36,035 bases of DNA from the NCBI RefSeq assembly GCF_001194135.2, contig NC_068985.1:53910941-53946975 (forward strand). The letters are read 5' to 3'. Below, piece after piece: positions 34,381 through 36,035 of the stretch. The stretch is from Octopus bimaculoides. Lineage: Eukaryota. Each line of letters opens with the position of its first letter. The first letter of the stretch is position 1. Under the pieces are notes generated by a model, which searched no databases, was not told the DNA's origin, and saw only the letters and a program-made list of their open reading frames with translations. The translations under genes were made by a program, and so were the position numbers.

Positions 34381-35244
34381 ATATACTACTCAGGTGGTAG
34401 ACTTATTCCATCACCTGTCACCTCAGGTACCTTTAATAGAGTCCACTCTGTTGTAAACATTCAGACCAGGTCTCCAGTTTGAGTATACCTTCTTTCCTCC
34501 CTCCCACCCATCAGTTTCAGTGGTCCTGTAAAGGATCATTCGCATTGCCTTTGCTCCTGACTAAAAGAAAAAAAAACATTAAGAACAGTTTTTTAAATAG
34601 AACATTACAGCCATCTTTAAAGCATATGCATTGATTCCTGTAGTCCTAATGTTTTGCTGTATAAAACATATAAACAAGATCTACAGAATCAAATACTCAA
34701 CAACTCCAGACACCAATGAGAGATAATTTTCCTTTTAGATACAATGCTGCTATATCACAATTAACGTTTCTCACAGTGGGGTTTCAAACCATGAACTACT
34801 ATGAGGTTATAGCTTAGAGAGGAGAACTATAACTATTTATAGTTTGGTGGACTTAGCCAATTAGAGTTATCAATATTTACTTGTAGCAAGTTGCACCCAA
34901 CAATTTAACATTAAAACTAGGTACAAAATGCTTACCATTTATAATTTTAGCCTTTTCCCTCAGACTTATTCATGAGTAAATACAGTAAGTATTTTAATCA
35001 TAGCCAAGTCCTGTAATGATCCAATTACATAACACGAATGATAGAAGAAGGGTTTAGAGGTTTCTCCCTTGCATTACTTCCCTTAAAATGAATGTAAACA
35101 ATGTTAGTACAATTCTTGCAATATCATGTGTTTCATGGCTGGTTGACTGATGCAGTCCAAAGTAGTATTGTATCTTAAATGGAAGTTAAAGAGTACCAAA
35201 AAAAAAGCAATACAGAAGTGTTTACAAATAATGGTATTACTTAC

Positions 35245-35422
35245 AACGGGAAATGATTCTCAGGTCAACATCTTGCGCAAAAATCTTGTCATTTGCATCT
35301 CGGCAAATATTATAAATATATGGACTGATTAAATGGGATTGATCTAAGTAAATGATGAGGTCGTGATTGTGGATCTCTCGACCCTTGTCATCTTCTGGGG
35401 TACGAATTGCTCTGGAATTTTT
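35245..35422 (-). CDS. OAF: Out-at-first (OAF) homologue, internal (penultimate) coding exon
   Basis: Translates as KNSRAIRTPEDDKGREIHNHDLIIYLDQSHLISPYIYNICRDANDKIFAQDVDLRIISR, resembling the recalled vertebrate OAF segment KNPRAIRQAEE...LLSPHLHNVC. Acceptor tttttccag|AAA (phase 0) and donor T|gtaagt (phase 1); 178 nt = 59 codons + 1 nt. Confidence 0.9.
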
Positions 35423-35831
35423 CTGGAAAAAAAATTTTAAAAACAAAATCATTTCTTTACTTTTCAAGGATATTAGTGATTTCAGAAGATAACAAATAAA
35501 AAAATGTGAGATAAATAGTGACTCTTTTTTTTTTTTAACTAAGAATAAGTAGGTGTCAGTTTTAAAGAAAAAGGGAAAATTGAATGTTGTGACATTCATA
35601 CCTTTTCATTAAACAGCAAAATTAGGACAGCTATACAGACAGATATCATTACTCATATACAGGCCATTCAAGTGGTTAACAAAAATTCACTCAACACAGC
35701 TAGATATTTTCACACAATATTGGAAATTAATGACATTCATTTGCAATAATTATATGATGCAAAAACAAGGAGACACAAACACACACACACACACATGCAT
35801 ACAAATTCATATGTATATATATGAAGATCGA

Positions 35832-35867
<36 letters not shown>

Positions 35868-35956
35868 GAGAATTTACGAAAAAATACAACAGACAAAGAC
35901 AGGTGGTGTAAACAACAAATAGATGTATTAGTTTAACACTCGGGAATAGAGAAAGT

Positions 35957-35991
35957 CTTTGACGTTTCAAGCTACGCTCTTCAACTGAAAG
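35957..35991 (-). ncRNA. Degenerate minimal hammerhead motif in a PLE pseudo-LTR-like repeat (35866-36035) in an OAF intron
   Basis: Minus strand reads CTTT-CAGTTGA-A-GAGC-GTA-GCTT-GAAAC-GTC-AAAG: helix I CTTT/AAAG, helix II GAGC/GCTT, loopless palindromic helix III ACGT. Two core substitutions. Confidence 0.45.
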
Positions 35992-36035
35992 GAACATAGA
36001 AAGAAATAAGGAGAGAAACAAGGAGAAAAAAAATT

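Overview
Eukaryotic, AT-rich, microsatellite-dense genomic DNA with about 3 kb of N gaps. The SINE and LINE families present look like those of an octopus (inference from recalled repeat families, not a search). The only protein-coding gene I can support is the 3' end of an out-at-first (OAF) homologue on the minus strand: an internal exon at 35245-35422 and the terminal coding exon at 32167-32441. The upstream exons lie beyond the window. Most of the rest is decayed mobile DNA: several tRNA-derived SINE families, RTE/CR1/I-type LINE relics, a Penelope-like (PLE) reverse transcriptase relic, piggyBac-type MITE ends, minisatellites and microsatellites. The most interesting signal is a set of four small elements abutting (TA)n tracts that carry hammerhead-ribozyme-like cores, consistent with PLE pseudo-LTRs or retrozymes. 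The best is at 4081-4170 on the minus strand. Also notable: a 41-bp inverted repeat at 8544-8709, a shift from CpG-retaining to CpG-depleted sequence near 8.7 kb that hints at an unannotated transcription unit, and a possible intron downstream of the OAF stop. I found no CRISPR array, rRNA or intact tRNA gene. All alignments and folds were done by eye; repeat boundaries are approximate.
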